A DNA stretch of 64,000 nt, taken from Verrucomicrobiia bacterium. GTDB lineage: Bacteria > Verrucomicrobiota > Verrucomicrobiia > Limisphaerales > UBA1100. Shown here in pieces: positions 54,994-64,000 of this stretch. Under the pieces are notes generated by a model. The model ran no database searches. It was not told the DNA's origin and saw only the letters and a program-made list of their open reading frames with translations. The stretch's first letter is position 1. Each line of letters opens with the position of its first letter. The stretch covers positions 32,641 through 96,640 of the forward strand of contig JAAZZB010000049.1 of NCBI GenBank assembly GCA_014239365.1, in the 5' to 3' direction. The position numbers and the translations under genes are program-made.

Positions 54994-55887
54994 CTAGCGA
55001 ATTTTCATCACCCCGTCGGGATCGGGTCGCTGAGTGGGGCGCGTAAAATTTTCGTTCACGCCTAAGTACGCGCCGCCGTGGCTATTCGCGTGGGCCTTGA
55101 TGGCTTTGGCGAGGCCCGCATCAGTCGTCTGCTGCACGCTGCCATCGGCAAGCGTGATTTGGCCTTGGCTTGCGCTTAATCCGGCCATCGCGTGGCGTTG
55201 GAGCATCACAGAATCGGCGTGGTCGTTGCCGATAAATTTTTGCAGCAACGAATTTTGTTTTGAAAATTGCAGCGATCCGCCGAGAAACTCCGCGATGTCC
55301 GGCAGCGCTTTGCCGGCGGGATAATCAAATTCATAAGCCGGCTCGCCAATGAGATTGCGCGTGAAGGCAAGGATGCTCGCGGGGCGTTGCTCATCCGCGC
55401 CGAGGTGCACGCCGTAGCTCATCGAACGGCGATCCATGTGAATATGAATGCCATCGAAGCCCGCACCGAAGCCTTCCCATTTTCCGTTGGTGGCTTCCTC
55501 TTCATTGTAAACCGTCACCGACGGATCGCACGGCGAAGCAAGCACGCGTGCAGTCACCAACTCGCGCCGCGCCGGTTCGCTCAAAAACATAAACCGAATA
55601 TCCCACAAATGAATCCAGCCCGAGTGCGCCTGCCCATACATTCGTTTGAACATCGCGTCGCCTTGCTGCTGCGTGAGCAGCCACGGGTAGCGCGAGTCGT
55701 ACGTCATCGAAAACCCACGCAGCGCCGCGTTCACTTGGCGAAGGTTATTAACGCACTTGATGCGGTTCGCTTTCGCCTTGCCCTTAGCCAGCGTGGGCAG
55801 CAGCAAACTAGCCAGCATACTGATAATGGCAATCACCACCAACAACTCCACCAGCGTGAACGCGCGCTTGTTTGCCGCCAACTGCAT
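54994..55887 (-). CDS. DUF1559-type pilin-like protein with prepilin N-terminal methylation domain
   Basis: Start chosen at [51 protein letters not shown]. This is the typical PVC-group architecture. Ala replaces the usual Gly at -1. Confidence 0.75.
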   Translation of the reverse strand: MQLAANKRAFTLVELLVVIAIISMLASLLLPTLAKGKAKANRIKCVNNLRQVNAALRGFSMTYDSRYPWLLTQQQGDAMFKRMYGQAHSGWIHLWDIRFMFLSEPARRELVTARVLASPCDPSVTVYNEEEATNGKWEGFGAGFDGIHIHMDRRSMSYGVHLGADEQRPASILAFTRNLIGEPAYEFDYPAGKALPDIAEFLGGSLQFSKQNSLLQKFIGNDHADSVMLQRHAMAGLSASQGQITLADGSVQQTTDAGLAKAIKAHANSHGGAYLGVNENFTRPTQRPDPDGVMKIR

Positions 55888-55952
55888 GCACGCACCGTGC
55901 CTTAAATGTTGCGCAATTGCAATCCGCAGCGATTTGCCCAATCCTCCCGCCG

Positions 55953-57077
55953 ATGAAAACCACCGCCGCGGTGCTGCACAAAACAGAACGGCCACTGCCG
56001 TACGCCGACTCGCAACCGATGGTCATCGAGGAACTCAACCTCGACGGCCCCGGCGAAGGCGAAGTGTTGGTGGAGGTCAAAGGCGCGGGGCTATGCCACT
56101 CGGATTTATCGGTCATCCAAGGCGCGCGTCCGCGTCCGATGCCGATGGTGCTCGGCCACGAAGCCAGCGGTATCGTGCGCGAAGTGGGCAAAGGCGTTCG
56201 CGAATTTGCGCCGGATGACCACGTGATTTTTACATTCATCCCCAGCTGCGGCGCGTGCCGCTACTGCGCCGAAGGCCGCCCTTCCCTCTGCGAACCGGGC
56301 GCGGACGCCAACAACGCCGGCACGCTAATGAACGGCGCGCAACGATTCAGTCGCAACGGCAAATCGTATTTTCACCACTGCGGCGTTTCCGGTTACTCGC
56401 AATTCACCATCGCCCTGCCCAGTTCGTTGGTGAAGATTGATGACGACTTGCCTTTCGAACACGCCACACTTTTTGGCTGCGCGGTGATGACCGGTACCGG
56501 CGCGGTAATGAACACTGCCGATATTCGCCCCGGCCAGTCGATTGCAATTTTTGGGCTGGGAGGCGTGGGACTTGCCGCGTTGATGGGCGCGAAAGCATGC
56601 GATGCCGGAACGATCATCGCTGTCGATTTATTGGAATCCAAACTCGAAATGGCCCGCAACCTTGGCGCCACGCACACGATCAATGCCAGCGAATGCGATC
56701 CCGTCGAGGCCATCCGCGACCTCACCCACGGCGGCGTGGAAATCGCCCTCGAAAGCGCCGGCCACGCAAAGGTGCTCGCGCAAGCTTACGAATCCACCGC
56801 CCGCGGGGGAACGACCATTGCCATCAGCCTGCCGCATCCGGAACATCAATTTAGCATTGCCGCCGTGTCGCTTAGCGCGATGGAGAAAACGGTGAAAGGT
56901 TCGTACCAAGGCAGTTGCATTCCCGGCCGCGACATCCCGCGCTTCATCGAAATGTTCCGCGCCGGAAAACTTCCCGTGGACCAATTGCTTACCGACACCA
57001 TACCATTAGAAAAAATCAACGAAGGCTTCGACCGCCTACACAAAGGCGAAGTCGCGCGGCAGGTGATTTTGTTTTAA
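55953..57077 (+). CDS. zinc-dependent alcohol dehydrogenase family protein
   Basis: [11 protein letters not shown] (catalytic Zn Cys/His), GHEASGIV, a structural-Zn Cys cluster ([17 protein letters not shown]) and the NAD motif FGLGGVGLA are present. Confidence 0.85.
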   Translation: MKTTAAVLHKTERPLPYADSQPMVIEELNLDGPGEGEVLVEVKGAGLCHSDLSVIQGARPRPMPMVLGHEASGIVREVGKGVREFAPDDHVIFTFIPSCGACRYCAEGRPSLCEPGADANNAGTLMNGAQRFSRNGKSYFHHCGVSGYSQFTIALPSSLVKIDDDLPFEHATLFGCAVMTGTGAVMNTADIRPGQSIAIFGLGGVGLAALMGAKACDAGTIIAVDLLESKLEMARNLGATHTINASECDPVEAIRDLTHGGVEIALESAGHAKVLAQAYESTARGGTTIAISLPHPEHQFSIAAVSLSAMEKTVKGSYQGSCIPGRDIPRFIEMFRAGKLPVDQLLTDTIPLEKINEGFDRLHKGEVARQVILF

Positions 57078-57143
57078 TGAACACGGATGCGCAGGATGCA
57101 CAGGATGAAAAACCATCCTGAATATCGTGAACATCTGTGTTCA
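57078..57143. repeat. family E imperfect palindrome between convergent genes
   Basis: TGAACACGGATGCGCAGGATGCACAGGATG-AAAAAC-CATCCTGAATATCGTGAACATCTGTGTTCA. Confidence 0.6.
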
Positions 57144-57154
57144 ATTCACTTCAA

Positions 57155-57727
57155 TCAGCGCCCGATGACTTCTTTGATGCGCGCGGCTACGTTGATGGCG
57201 TCGTCGTGGCGCAGGCCGTGTTGGCCCATATCTTCCGCCGCGCCGCCGAAGGTTTCGAACACGAGACTGCTCCAAATCACGCCTTTGGTGTGACGCACAC
57301 TCGCCAAGCGCGTCATTTCAATTTCTGATTTATGCTCGCGAAGGGTTAAAAACGTCCAAACTGTTGTGTTGATTTTGCCGCCTCTCACCTCAATCACCGG
57401 TGGCCGGAACAGGCTTGTAAAATTCCAAGTAGAAAAGAACGCACCAAACGGGCTCGCCTGCACGGTGATTTGCAATTGCCCCGCTTGCGCCGCCAACAAC
57501 GCCGCGTTGGCCGTGTTGCAGTGCGGACATTTTTTGGCTTGAGCCGCAATCGGCTCACGACAGCCCTCGCACGAAACCGTGTCCCGAATCGGCCGCGTGC
57601 AGTGCGGGCAGAAATAACGCGGGTTGGAAATTCCATCCCCGCAATTGGGACAGATGGCGGATTGGGTTGGGGCCTCGGTTGACGTTTCCACGGGCGAAAG
57701 ATACCGCACCTCCACGTCTTTTTTCAA
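57155..57727 (-). CDS. zinc-ribbon protein with C-terminal PH-like (bPH) domain, function unknown
   Basis: 190 aa with three CxxC pairs (CPNCG...CPHCT, CEGC...CPHCN). The hydrophobic/beta C-terminal half resembles bacterial PH domains. The assignment is tentative. Confidence 0.45.
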   Translation of the reverse strand: MKKDVEVRYLSPVETSTEAPTQSAICPNCGDGISNPRYFCPHCTRPIRDTVSCEGCREPIAAQAKKCPHCNTANAALLAAQAGQLQITVQASPFGAFFSTWNFTSLFRPPVIEVRGGKINTTVWTFLTLREHKSEIEMTRLASVRHTKGVIWSSLVFETFGGAAEDMGQHGLRHDDAINVAARIKEVIGR

Positions 57728-57738
57728 TCAATTTGAAT

Positions 57739-58031
57739 GAACACAGATATTCACGATGGACAGGATTTGGTTTTTGTTTTTCGGGGTCGTTGGTTTCAGT
57801 GCCGGAGGGACGGCCGAAAATAGCCCGGCGTTTCAACGCTGGGATAACGACACTCGAAATGGAAAAGTCCCGGAGGGACGACTGAATCTGCACAACCTTT
57901 CAACCGTCCCTCCGGGACTAAAAATCTACTCGCGCCCCAAACCCAGTGCTAAAGCACTGGGCTATTTTCGGATGGCCCTCCGGGCCAAAAACCAATTCCC
58001 TAAATCCTGTCCATCGTGAATATCTTTGTTC
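57739..58031. repeat. nested palindromic (MITE-like) element
   Basis: 30-bp terminal inverted repeats lie at 57739-57768 and 58002-58031. They enclose CCGAAAATAGCCC/GGGCTATTTTCGG (57813-57826 and 57959-57971) and a perfect 15-bp hairpin (57866-57880 and 57905-57919). Confidence 0.7.
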
Positions 58032-58965
58032 AATTGTCTTCCTTCACCATCGTATTCATCAATGTACCAATCCCATCGATGCTCGCCTCGACCACGTCGC
58101 CGGGCTTTAGGTACACACCTTTGGCGTGGCCGACGCCGGCGGCGGTGCCCGTGGAAATGATGTCGCCCGGCTCCAACGTCACGAAGGCGGACACAAACTC
58201 GATCACCGCTGCCACCGGAAAAATCTGCATCGCCGTGCTGGCGTCCTGATGCACTTCGCCGTTGACCGTAAGTTTAAGCGGCAACGCCTGTGGATCGGGG
58301 ACAGTTTCCGGACACGCAATGCACGGGCCGACGGGACAACTGCCGTCGTGCCATTTGCCGTGTTGCCAATCGAAAAACTGATCGCGCTCGCGTTCTTCAC
58401 GATTCGGGTTCGGCCGAAAGCCGCGGTCGGAAATATCATTCACCACCGTGTAACCCGCCACAAACTCCAACGCTTCAGCCTCGCTCACCCCCTTGGCGCG
58501 TTTACCAATGACGATGCCCAGCTCGCATTCCCAATCAATGTTGTCCGGCGACACAGCCGGAATGGGAATGTCGCCACCGTGTCGATTCAGCGTGGTCGAC
58601 GGCGGTTTCATAAAGACATATGGAAACGTCCGCGCGCGCTCCACGGCGATGCCGCCGCTTTCCTCGATGTGTTTGGCGTAATTCCCCGCGAGCAGCAGCA
58701 ACTTGTTGGGGCGCGGAATCGGCGTGAGAATTTCCGCATCCACCACTGCCAAACCCGCCACCGCACCGGGGTTTGATCGCAGCCAAGCTTCCACTCGCAA
58801 GGCCGCTTGCCGTCCCTCGCCATTTGGCAAAAACGCCAGCAAATCTTCAGTGACCGCCAATGATTCGCCTGCCGCGCTGGCGGCGGCGTCTAATGGAATC
58901 ACCGTTTCGTCATCAAAAAAACCAGCGTGTGCTTGGCCGTTTTGTTCAAATCGACAGAGTTTCAT
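58030..58965 (-). CDS. fumarylacetoacetate hydrolase (FAH) family protein
   Basis: 311 aa. FMKPPSTTLNRHGGDIPIP, DWECELGIVIGK and GYTVVNDISDR are FAH-family metal-binding regions. Confidence 0.85.
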   Translation of the reverse strand: MKLCRFEQNGQAHAGFFDDETVIPLDAAASAAGESLAVTEDLLAFLPNGEGRQAALRVEAWLRSNPGAVAGLAVVDAEILTPIPRPNKLLLLAGNYAKHIEESGGIAVERARTFPYVFMKPPSTTLNRHGGDIPIPAVSPDNIDWECELGIVIGKRAKGVSEAEALEFVAGYTVVNDISDRGFRPNPNREERERDQFFDWQHGKWHDGSCPVGPCIACPETVPDPQALPLKLTVNGEVHQDASTAMQIFPVAAVIEFVSAFVTLEPGDIISTGTAAGVGHAKGVYLKPGDVVEASIDGIGTLMNTMVKEDN

Positions 58966-59657
58966 TTATTGATTTCCCCCAACACATCCGCCGTGGTTTT
59001 CAGGCGCGCGAATTTGGGCTGCCAGATTTTGAAACACGCCTCGTGCAAGTCGGGCCACGGCGAGGCGCAGCCGTCGGTGATGGCTGTCACGCGGTAGTTG
59101 CGTTGAGTGGCGGCGATGAGGGTGGCGTTCACGCACACGTCGGTGGTGATGCCGACCATAAACAAATGAGAAATATGTTGGCTGCGCAATGCGAGGTCCA
59201 GCGGCGTGCCGTAAAATTTATCGTACGTGTGGCCGCGGATGATGAGTTCCTCGGGGCGCGGTTGCAGCGCGGGAATGGTGTCAGCCGATTCCGCGCCGGT
59301 GCCGGCGTTGTGACCGATGAGGCAGTTGCTCGATTGACTTCCAAAACCGGGCGCGCCTTCCCCTCCTTCGGTGGGCAAATGCTCGATGCCAAAAGGATCG
59401 CCGCGCAAGCACGGCACGTTTTGGGCATAAACAAACTCGGTGAAAATCACCGGCGCTTCTGCGGCGCGGAAGGCATCGATAAGGCTCGCAAGATTGGGAA
59501 TGATGTCGCGCGCAGCGGCGACTTCCAACGATGCGCCTTCGTCGATAAACCCGTGCTGCATATCAATGACGAGCAGCGCGGTTTTGCCCGGCAAAAAACG
59601 GTGGGTGTCGTCGATGACCTTCAGCTTGGCTTCAAGAATGGCGTCGTGGGAACTCAC
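58962..59657 (-). CDS. isochorismatase-family cysteine hydrolase
   Basis: TALLVIDMQHGF (Asp) and MVGITTDVCVNAT (catalytic Cys) are present. It has a 4-nt overlap with the FAH gene. Confidence 0.8.
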   Translation of the reverse strand: MSSHDAILEAKLKVIDDTHRFLPGKTALLVIDMQHGFIDEGASLEVAAARDIIPNLASLIDAFRAAEAPVIFTEFVYAQNVPCLRGDPFGIEHLPTEGGEGAPGFGSQSSNCLIGHNAGTGAESADTIPALQPRPEELIIRGHTYDKFYGTPLDLALRSQHISHLFMVGITTDVCVNATLIAATQRNYRVTAITDGCASPWPDLHEACFKIWQPKFARLKTTADVLGEINK

Positions 59658-59737
59658 GGGAGGAAAGTATCAGGCAAAGGGTGAAAGTCAAAGGCCGATG
59701 AAGGCCCAAAGAATCTTCATTGAGTCTTGGGCATGGG

Positions 59738-59923
59738 TCATTCCCCACTGGCCTTGAGCCGTTCGATCTGCTCCGCCTCAATGCGGTTGAGTTCGTCGTT
59801 CAGGCCAAAGTTCGTTCGTTTGTTGGCCGAAGCGAACAGGGCCATCAAGGCAAGCATCAACATCACGATGATCATCGCACCGCCGCGTTGGCGTGCTCGA
59901 ATGGATGAACGAACAATTTTCAT
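59738..59923 (-). CDS. small membrane protein, GspK-like N-terminal stub
   Basis: 61 aa. RARQRGGAMIIVMLMLALMALFA resembles the non-cleavable pseudopilin-like N-terminus of GspK (no Glu at +5). Its ATG overlaps the upstream stop (ATGA). Confidence 0.35.
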   Translation of the reverse strand: MKIVRSSIRARQRGGAMIIVMLMLALMALFASANKRTNFGLNDELNRIEAEQIERLKASGE

Positions 59924-60435
59924 TGAATCGATTGCGAATTGGGCACGGCTAAAAAGGTGAACAGCGGTTGCGTCTGCGCCCGGCGACCGCTTTGAGTTTT
60001 GATTTCCAATTCCCAGCGCAATGCGGGAACGCTGCCTCGGGAGTCATCGATCATTTTGGAGGATTTCACATTGAACAAAATCTTTTCCTTGGGCGCGTCG
60101 CCGACCTTGCGCCAGACGCGGCTGCCTTCAAAAAAATAATCAATGTGGCCCGTCGGCGTGGTCAGACGCAAAACGGTTGCCTTGCGCCACGCGCTGGGAA
60201 TCCACTCGGGCGCGAGGGTGGCTTGGCGCACATCCGCCCGCCAACGTTCGCCCGCGCGCAGGGCGAGCGAAATTTCGCGCGATTGCCGCTGGATATCCGC
60301 GGACTGTTGTCTGGCGCGGTGAAAAGTTTGAAAGGCCAACGTGCTGAACATCAACAGCAGTGCCAAGTACATCAACAATTCCACAAGGAGAACGCCGCGC
60401 CTGCGCATTGGGGGAGTGGGGCTCAACGTGTTCAT
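59920..60435 (-). CDS. pseudopilin-like protein
   Basis: Start chosen at the ATG overlapping the upstream stop (ATGA). MRRRG/VLLVELLMYLALLLMF has Gly at -1 and Glu at +5. The body is about 140 aa. Confidence 0.5.
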   Translation of the reverse strand: MNTLSPTPPMRRRGVLLVELLMYLALLLMFSTLAFQTFHRARQQSADIQRQSREISLALRAGERWRADVRQATLAPEWIPSAWRKATVLRLTTPTGHIDYFFEGSRVWRKVGDAPKEKILFNVKSSKMIDDSRGSVPALRWELEIKTQSGRRAQTQPLFTFLAVPNSQSIQ

Positions 60436-60821
60436 TGCAGGCGCGCCTCCCGAGCCACGCGAATGTGCCGATGTGTGGCCGGATCGTCCGGCTGCCACTC
60501 GAGGCGGATGGTTTCTTGAGTGCGGGTTAAAATAAATTTTCCGGGCGGCAAATTGGCGGCGGCTTGGGCGGTGACGGCATACGTGTGTTGCCCCGGCTCA
60601 AAACCGTTGCCCGCACCGGCGGCGAGCACTTCCATTTCGCCGTCCACAATTTCCATCGCCACCGCGCGCAGGTACAGCTCGCGCGTGTGTTTTTGATCCT
60701 GCAATGACGAGGCCACCAGCGGGATCATCACCGCCGTGAGGATGGCAAGCGCCGCCATCACCTCCGCCGTCAACGAGCCGCGTTGGCGTTTCTTAACGTT
60801 TGATGGATGGTGCGTTACCAT
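60432..60821 (-). CDS. pseudopilin-like protein
   Basis: 129 aa. KKRQRG/SLTAEVMAALAILTAVMIPL has Gly at -1 and Glu at +5. It has a 7-nt overlap with the upstream gene. Confidence 0.5.
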   Translation of the reverse strand: MVTHHPSNVKKRQRGSLTAEVMAALAILTAVMIPLVASSLQDQKHTRELYLRAVAMEIVDGEMEVLAAGAGNGFEPGQHTYAVTAQAAANLPPGKFILTRTQETIRLEWQPDDPATHRHIRVAREARLQ

Positions 60822-62392
60822 AATGAGGTGGCTTCCAATACGCTGATGAGAAACTGAAACACTCCCAACATCACAAGGCCCACGACGGCGCCATTATAAA
60901 ACACCAAACCGGTGGTCGCCATTTGCGCGGCGGATTGTTCCTGCTGCGACGCGCGGGTATCAAGCGCTTCGTGCCACGTGCGCAAGGCCGGCAGAAATCC
61001 CTGTCCCGCGCGCGCCGCAGTGGTGAGGCGCCATTGGAATTCGCCCGAGCCGTCAATGCGACCCACGGCTTCGGGCAAGGGCATTCCGTTTGCCAAATCT
61101 GTGCCCACTCGCACCGCGCGGTTTTGATAAATCCAATTGCCCGTGCTTTCGGCAGCCAACTCCACCGCGCGCGCTTCCGGCAAGCCGGCATCGAGCAACA
61201 GCGCCAGCGACACAGAAAAATCGCGCTGCACCCGTTTGCGTCGCCACGGCAATGCGAGTGCCATCCGCGCGCTCAGCCCCGGCATGATGCGGGCAAAACA
61301 CTGTTCCAATCGCGGCCCTGCCAAAAACGCCAGCGTGAAAACCCACATAGCAAACAACACCAGCGCGTGAACGCCAACCACCCACCAGAGATTTACCATT
61401 AGCCAATCAAAGACCCCCGCCGATGTTCCGAGCTCGCCCATGTCGGAAATGATGTCTTGGAATCTTGGCAAAATATAGACGCCCAACATCGGCAAAATCA
61501 CCAGGCTCATCGGCATCACAACCAGTGCGAGAAGCACGAAATGATTCTGCGCCGTGCGGGCTTTGCCGGTGGCTTCACCCAACACCGCGCGACAAGCGGG
61601 CAGCACTTTTTGCAGGTCGCCCAGCTCGCGCCCCACCGCCAGCAGTGAAACGATCCGCGGCTCAATCAGCCCGGGCGCTTGGCGCAGGGCGGCCACTAAT
61701 TCCATTTCGCGCAGGCGCGTCACCAACAGCGACTCCTGTTTTCCCTTGCGCCCGCACACCGTCACCACCTCGGGTTTGGTGAGCAAATAAATAAACACGA
61801 CCGGAATAATAACTCCGCCATAGGTCAGAATCGCTCCGGCAAATTGACCGCCAAATACCAATGAGGCGGCGCTGGCGCTCGCCAATAAAATGTTTACCAA
61901 CGCTAAACCGATGCCGAGCCAACGACCCCACGCCCGATAGCGTACTAACTGCACGCCTGCCCAAATATGAAACGCATCCCAAATGAAGGCCCACAGAAAA
62001 ATGTGCATTGCCGCAAGATCGCTCCATCCCAAGCCGCCCGATCCGCCGAGTCCGTCTGTGGGGTAGCTGCGCAAAATCGTTGCCAAATAAATCAACGTGA
62101 AAGCCAAGCCAACCGCGCCAATTAAAATGTGTACTATCCCAAGCACAAACGGCGTGCGCGGGGTGGCCAGAAATTCCACCGAGCGATCCCCCGCGCGCGC
62201 GCAGGACAGAAAAATTTCCTCTGCACGCCGACCTTCGCGCAGGCCCATCTCGAGCAGGTTAAGAAACAACCGCGAGTTTTCCCGGCGCCGCAACGGCAGC
62301 CCCAGCATATATCCACCCAACCGCAGCATTGGAAACATCAACAGCACCAAGCCAACGATCACGAGCAACTGGATGAATTGTTCGTCATTCAT
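60815..62392 (-). CDS. GspF/PilC-like platform protein paralog with extra polytopic N-terminal region
   Basis: 525 aa. The C-terminal 300 aa show T2SS-F repeat features (VSLALLLDAGLPEARAVELAAESTGN...GMPLPEAV). The N-terminal 210 aa add about 5 predicted TM helices. Confidence 0.6.
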   Translation of the reverse strand: MNDEQFIQLLVIVGLVLLMFPMLRLGGYMLGLPLRRRENSRLFLNLLEMGLREGRRAEEIFLSCARAGDRSVEFLATPRTPFVLGIVHILIGAVGLAFTLIYLATILRSYPTDGLGGSGGLGWSDLAAMHIFLWAFIWDAFHIWAGVQLVRYRAWGRWLGIGLALVNILLASASAASLVFGGQFAGAILTYGGVIIPVVFIYLLTKPEVVTVCGRKGKQESLLVTRLREMELVAALRQAPGLIEPRIVSLLAVGRELGDLQKVLPACRAVLGEATGKARTAQNHFVLLALVVMPMSLVILPMLGVYILPRFQDIISDMGELGTSAGVFDWLMVNLWWVVGVHALVLFAMWVFTLAFLAGPRLEQCFARIMPGLSARMALALPWRRKRVQRDFSVSLALLLDAGLPEARAVELAAESTGNWIYQNRAVRVGTDLANGMPLPEAVGRIDGSGEFQWRLTTAARAGQGFLPALRTWHEALDTRASQQEQSAAQMATTGLVFYNGAVVGLVMLGVFQFLISVLEATSLW

Positions 62393-62401
62393 CGTGTGAA
62401 T

Positions 62402-63391
62402 TTACATACCCAACCAATCCATCATGCTTGTGATGGCCATCATCAGCGGAATCACCTGAATCATAATCAAAAGCCCCAACGCGAGAACGGCCATTGGGAG
62501 CGCGGCAAAAAGAAAGGCATCCGTCCGATGCGTTTGCCGGGCGTGATACAAATCCGCCGCGCGCTCAAAGCCGGCCGCCAAGTCTTCGCCGCCGCTGCGC
62601 AGCACCCACGTGAACAGCGGCGGAAATACTTTTCCCGGTTGAGCAAATTCCTCGGGCTTGCCTTCGCCGCGTTCGAGGCGTTCGTTCCATTCGGCCAATT
62701 CCGCGCCCGCTGCGTTGTCGCTTTCCAATTCACGCACTAACGCCAGCGATTCGCCCAGCGAACAGCCGCTGCGGAGCAGCATCGCCATCGCACCCGCCAC
62801 GCGCGCCAAGCCCGCTTCGCGAAAAGCCGGCAGTCGCCAAACCATTTTCCGCCGCATCCCGGGCGATGCCAGCAATCCCAACACAACTAAAGTCAACGAC
62901 ATCAAAGCCACCGGCGGCGCCCACTGATAAAAGCGATACATTGCAGGTTCTTCGCCTCTCCCATAAAAATCTTCCAGCGGCACCACCGTCAACACTTCCG
63001 CCATACACCACGCCACGCCGAACGACAACGCCGTGGCGGTGAGCAACACCAATAGCGGGTAAACCATCAGCCCCTTCAGCCGCAGCCAAGAGGTGTGGGC
63101 GCGCGCGTAGTGATCGGCCAACCACTGCAGCACGGCGGGCAGGTTGTTGGCTTCGGCGCCGACTTGCAGCATTTTTTTGTAAAGGCGCGGCAGGTCGCGG
63201 CGTTCCAGTGCATCGGCCAGCGATGTGCCGGAGGCGAGGTCATTTTCCAGCACCTCCAATTCCGCGCGCAATGGGCCGCGCTCCATCGAACCGGCCAACT
63301 CGCGCAAGCTGCCTTCCAGCGGCAGACCGCTCTTCAGCATCCCCGAGAGTTGTTCGTTGGCAAAGGCGAGTTCGTCGGATTTGATCGGCAT
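62402..63391 (-). CDS. gspF: type II secretion / type IV pilus platform protein GspF/PilC family
   Basis: Start chosen at MPIKSDELAFANEQLSGMLKSGLPLEGSLRELA. It has two T2SS-F repeats and three TM segments. Confidence 0.75.
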   Translation of the reverse strand: MPIKSDELAFANEQLSGMLKSGLPLEGSLRELAGSMERGPLRAELEVLENDLASGTSLADALERRDLPRLYKKMLQVGAEANNLPAVLQWLADHYARAHTSWLRLKGLMVYPLLVLLTATALSFGVAWCMAEVLTVVPLEDFYGRGEEPAMYRFYQWAPPVALMSLTLVVLGLLASPGMRRKMVWRLPAFREAGLARVAGAMAMLLRSGCSLGESLALVRELESDNAAGAELAEWNERLERGEGKPEEFAQPGKVFPPLFTWVLRSGGEDLAAGFERAADLYHARQTHRTDAFLFAALPMAVLALGLLIMIQVIPLMMAITSMMDWLGM

Positions 63392-63404
63392 TTTACAAAC
63401 TATT

Positions 63405-64000
63405 TTATGAACCCAAAACACGCTCGAGCTCGGCTGCGTTGGTGAGGTTTTCTTTGAGCAAAACTTTTCCGGATTCAGCTAATGGCTCCGCCGGTTGAAA
63501 AACGGATGCCCCGTGCTCGCGCACCTGCGCCCGCAATGCGTCATCCATCCGCGCCCACTCAGAAACGGGCAAGCGATTTTTATAACCCGTCTCCAAACAA
63601 TCCCCGCAACCTTCGCCCGCGCACGCAGCGCACAAACGGCGGACAAGTCGCTGATTAAACACCAACGCCAACGCGGCCGCGACGGCGTAGCGATCCGGGC
63701 ACATCGCCAGCAGACGTTCGAGCACGCCGGAGCACGAGCCTGCGTGCAGCGTGGAAATCACAAGATGGCCGGTGAGCGCCGCGCGCACGGCGATGCGGGC
63801 GGTTTCTTCATCGCGGATTTCGCCAATCGCCAGCACTTGCGGATCCTGCCGCATCAAGTGCCGCGCGGCGGTGGCGAAGGTCAACCCGCGCGCCTCGTTC
63901 ACTTCGGTTTGCATAATGCCCGGCAGCACTTGCTCCACGGGATCTTCCACGGTGATGATGTGGCGTCCGCCGCTTTGGGTTAAATGACGGAGGCAGGAAT
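63405..64000 (-). CDS. gspE: GspE/PilB-family secretion ATPase (partial; 5' end beyond the window)
   Basis: The frame is open to the window edge (...GGRHIITVEDPVEQ). GEIRDEETARIAVRAALTGHLVISTLHAGS (His box) and the tetracysteine motif RLCAACAGEGCGDC are present. Confidence 0.85.
   Translation of the reverse strand, partial: SCLRHLTQSGGRHIITVEDPVEQVLPGIMQTEVNEARGLTFATAARHLMRQDPQVLAIGEIRDEETARIAVRAALTGHLVISTLHAGSCSGVLERLLAMCPDRYAVAAALALVFNQRLVRRLCAACAGEGCGDCLETGYKNRLPVSEWARMDDALRAQVREHGASVFQPAEPLAESGKVLLKENLTNAAELERVLGS

Overview
This is a 64-kb chromosomal window from a high-GC diderm bacterium. My hand counts of single 60-nt lines give 53-65% GC in core genes. The gene content suggests the PVC superphylum, most likely Verrucomicrobiota, but that is inference only. 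It includes a DUF1559-type pilin-like protein, a DUF1080 protein, PQQ-like beta-propellers, many prepilin-like genes and dense families of intergenic palindromes. I can support about 75 protein-coding genes. I recognised no rRNA, tRNA or CRISPR array.

Core blocks, in order:
- gltX-vapBC-panE-HU
- aguB-gluQ
- two small pilin-like genes
- a five-gene Opp/YejABEF-like ABC importer
- skp-bamA-dnaB
- rpsF-ssb-rplI and prs-rplY-pth
- purE
- a DsbD-family reductase
- an IscA/HscB-like pair
- two PQQ-propeller paralogs
- uvrD
- STAS-holA-BFN
- guaB
- exbB-exbD-tonB-like
- dUTPase-hpt-moaDE
- xth-purU
- an MFS transporter and several oxidoreductases
- a T2SS/T4P-like operon that runs off the right edge

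The one clearly accessory segment is 31.0-35.5 kb. Four copies of a composite repeat (GC-rich hairpin, promoter-like AT-rich tail, ATG) bracket a partly low-GC island of about 38-45% GC in sampled lines. The island carries a Sec-signal protein that looks like a polymorphic toxin with a PT-TG-like module and an unassigned C-terminal tip. Behind it come small immunity-like genes, an ankyrin-repeat protein and an orphan GH-E-nuclease-like toxin tip. This is my best candidate for an undescribed system.

Other points worth a second look:
- a canonical EF-hand pair inside an ABC permease loop
- three 21-bp-phased palindromes upstream of guaB
- a REP-like palindrome inserted in frame into uvrD
- a nested-palindrome element at 57.7-58.0 kb
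- an inverted-repeat-flanked four-helix-bundle gene cassette
- a secretion operon with two GspF paralogs

All family assignments come from reading motifs by eye. No database search was run. Coordinates of internal starts follow codon arithmetic on the supplied ORF track.
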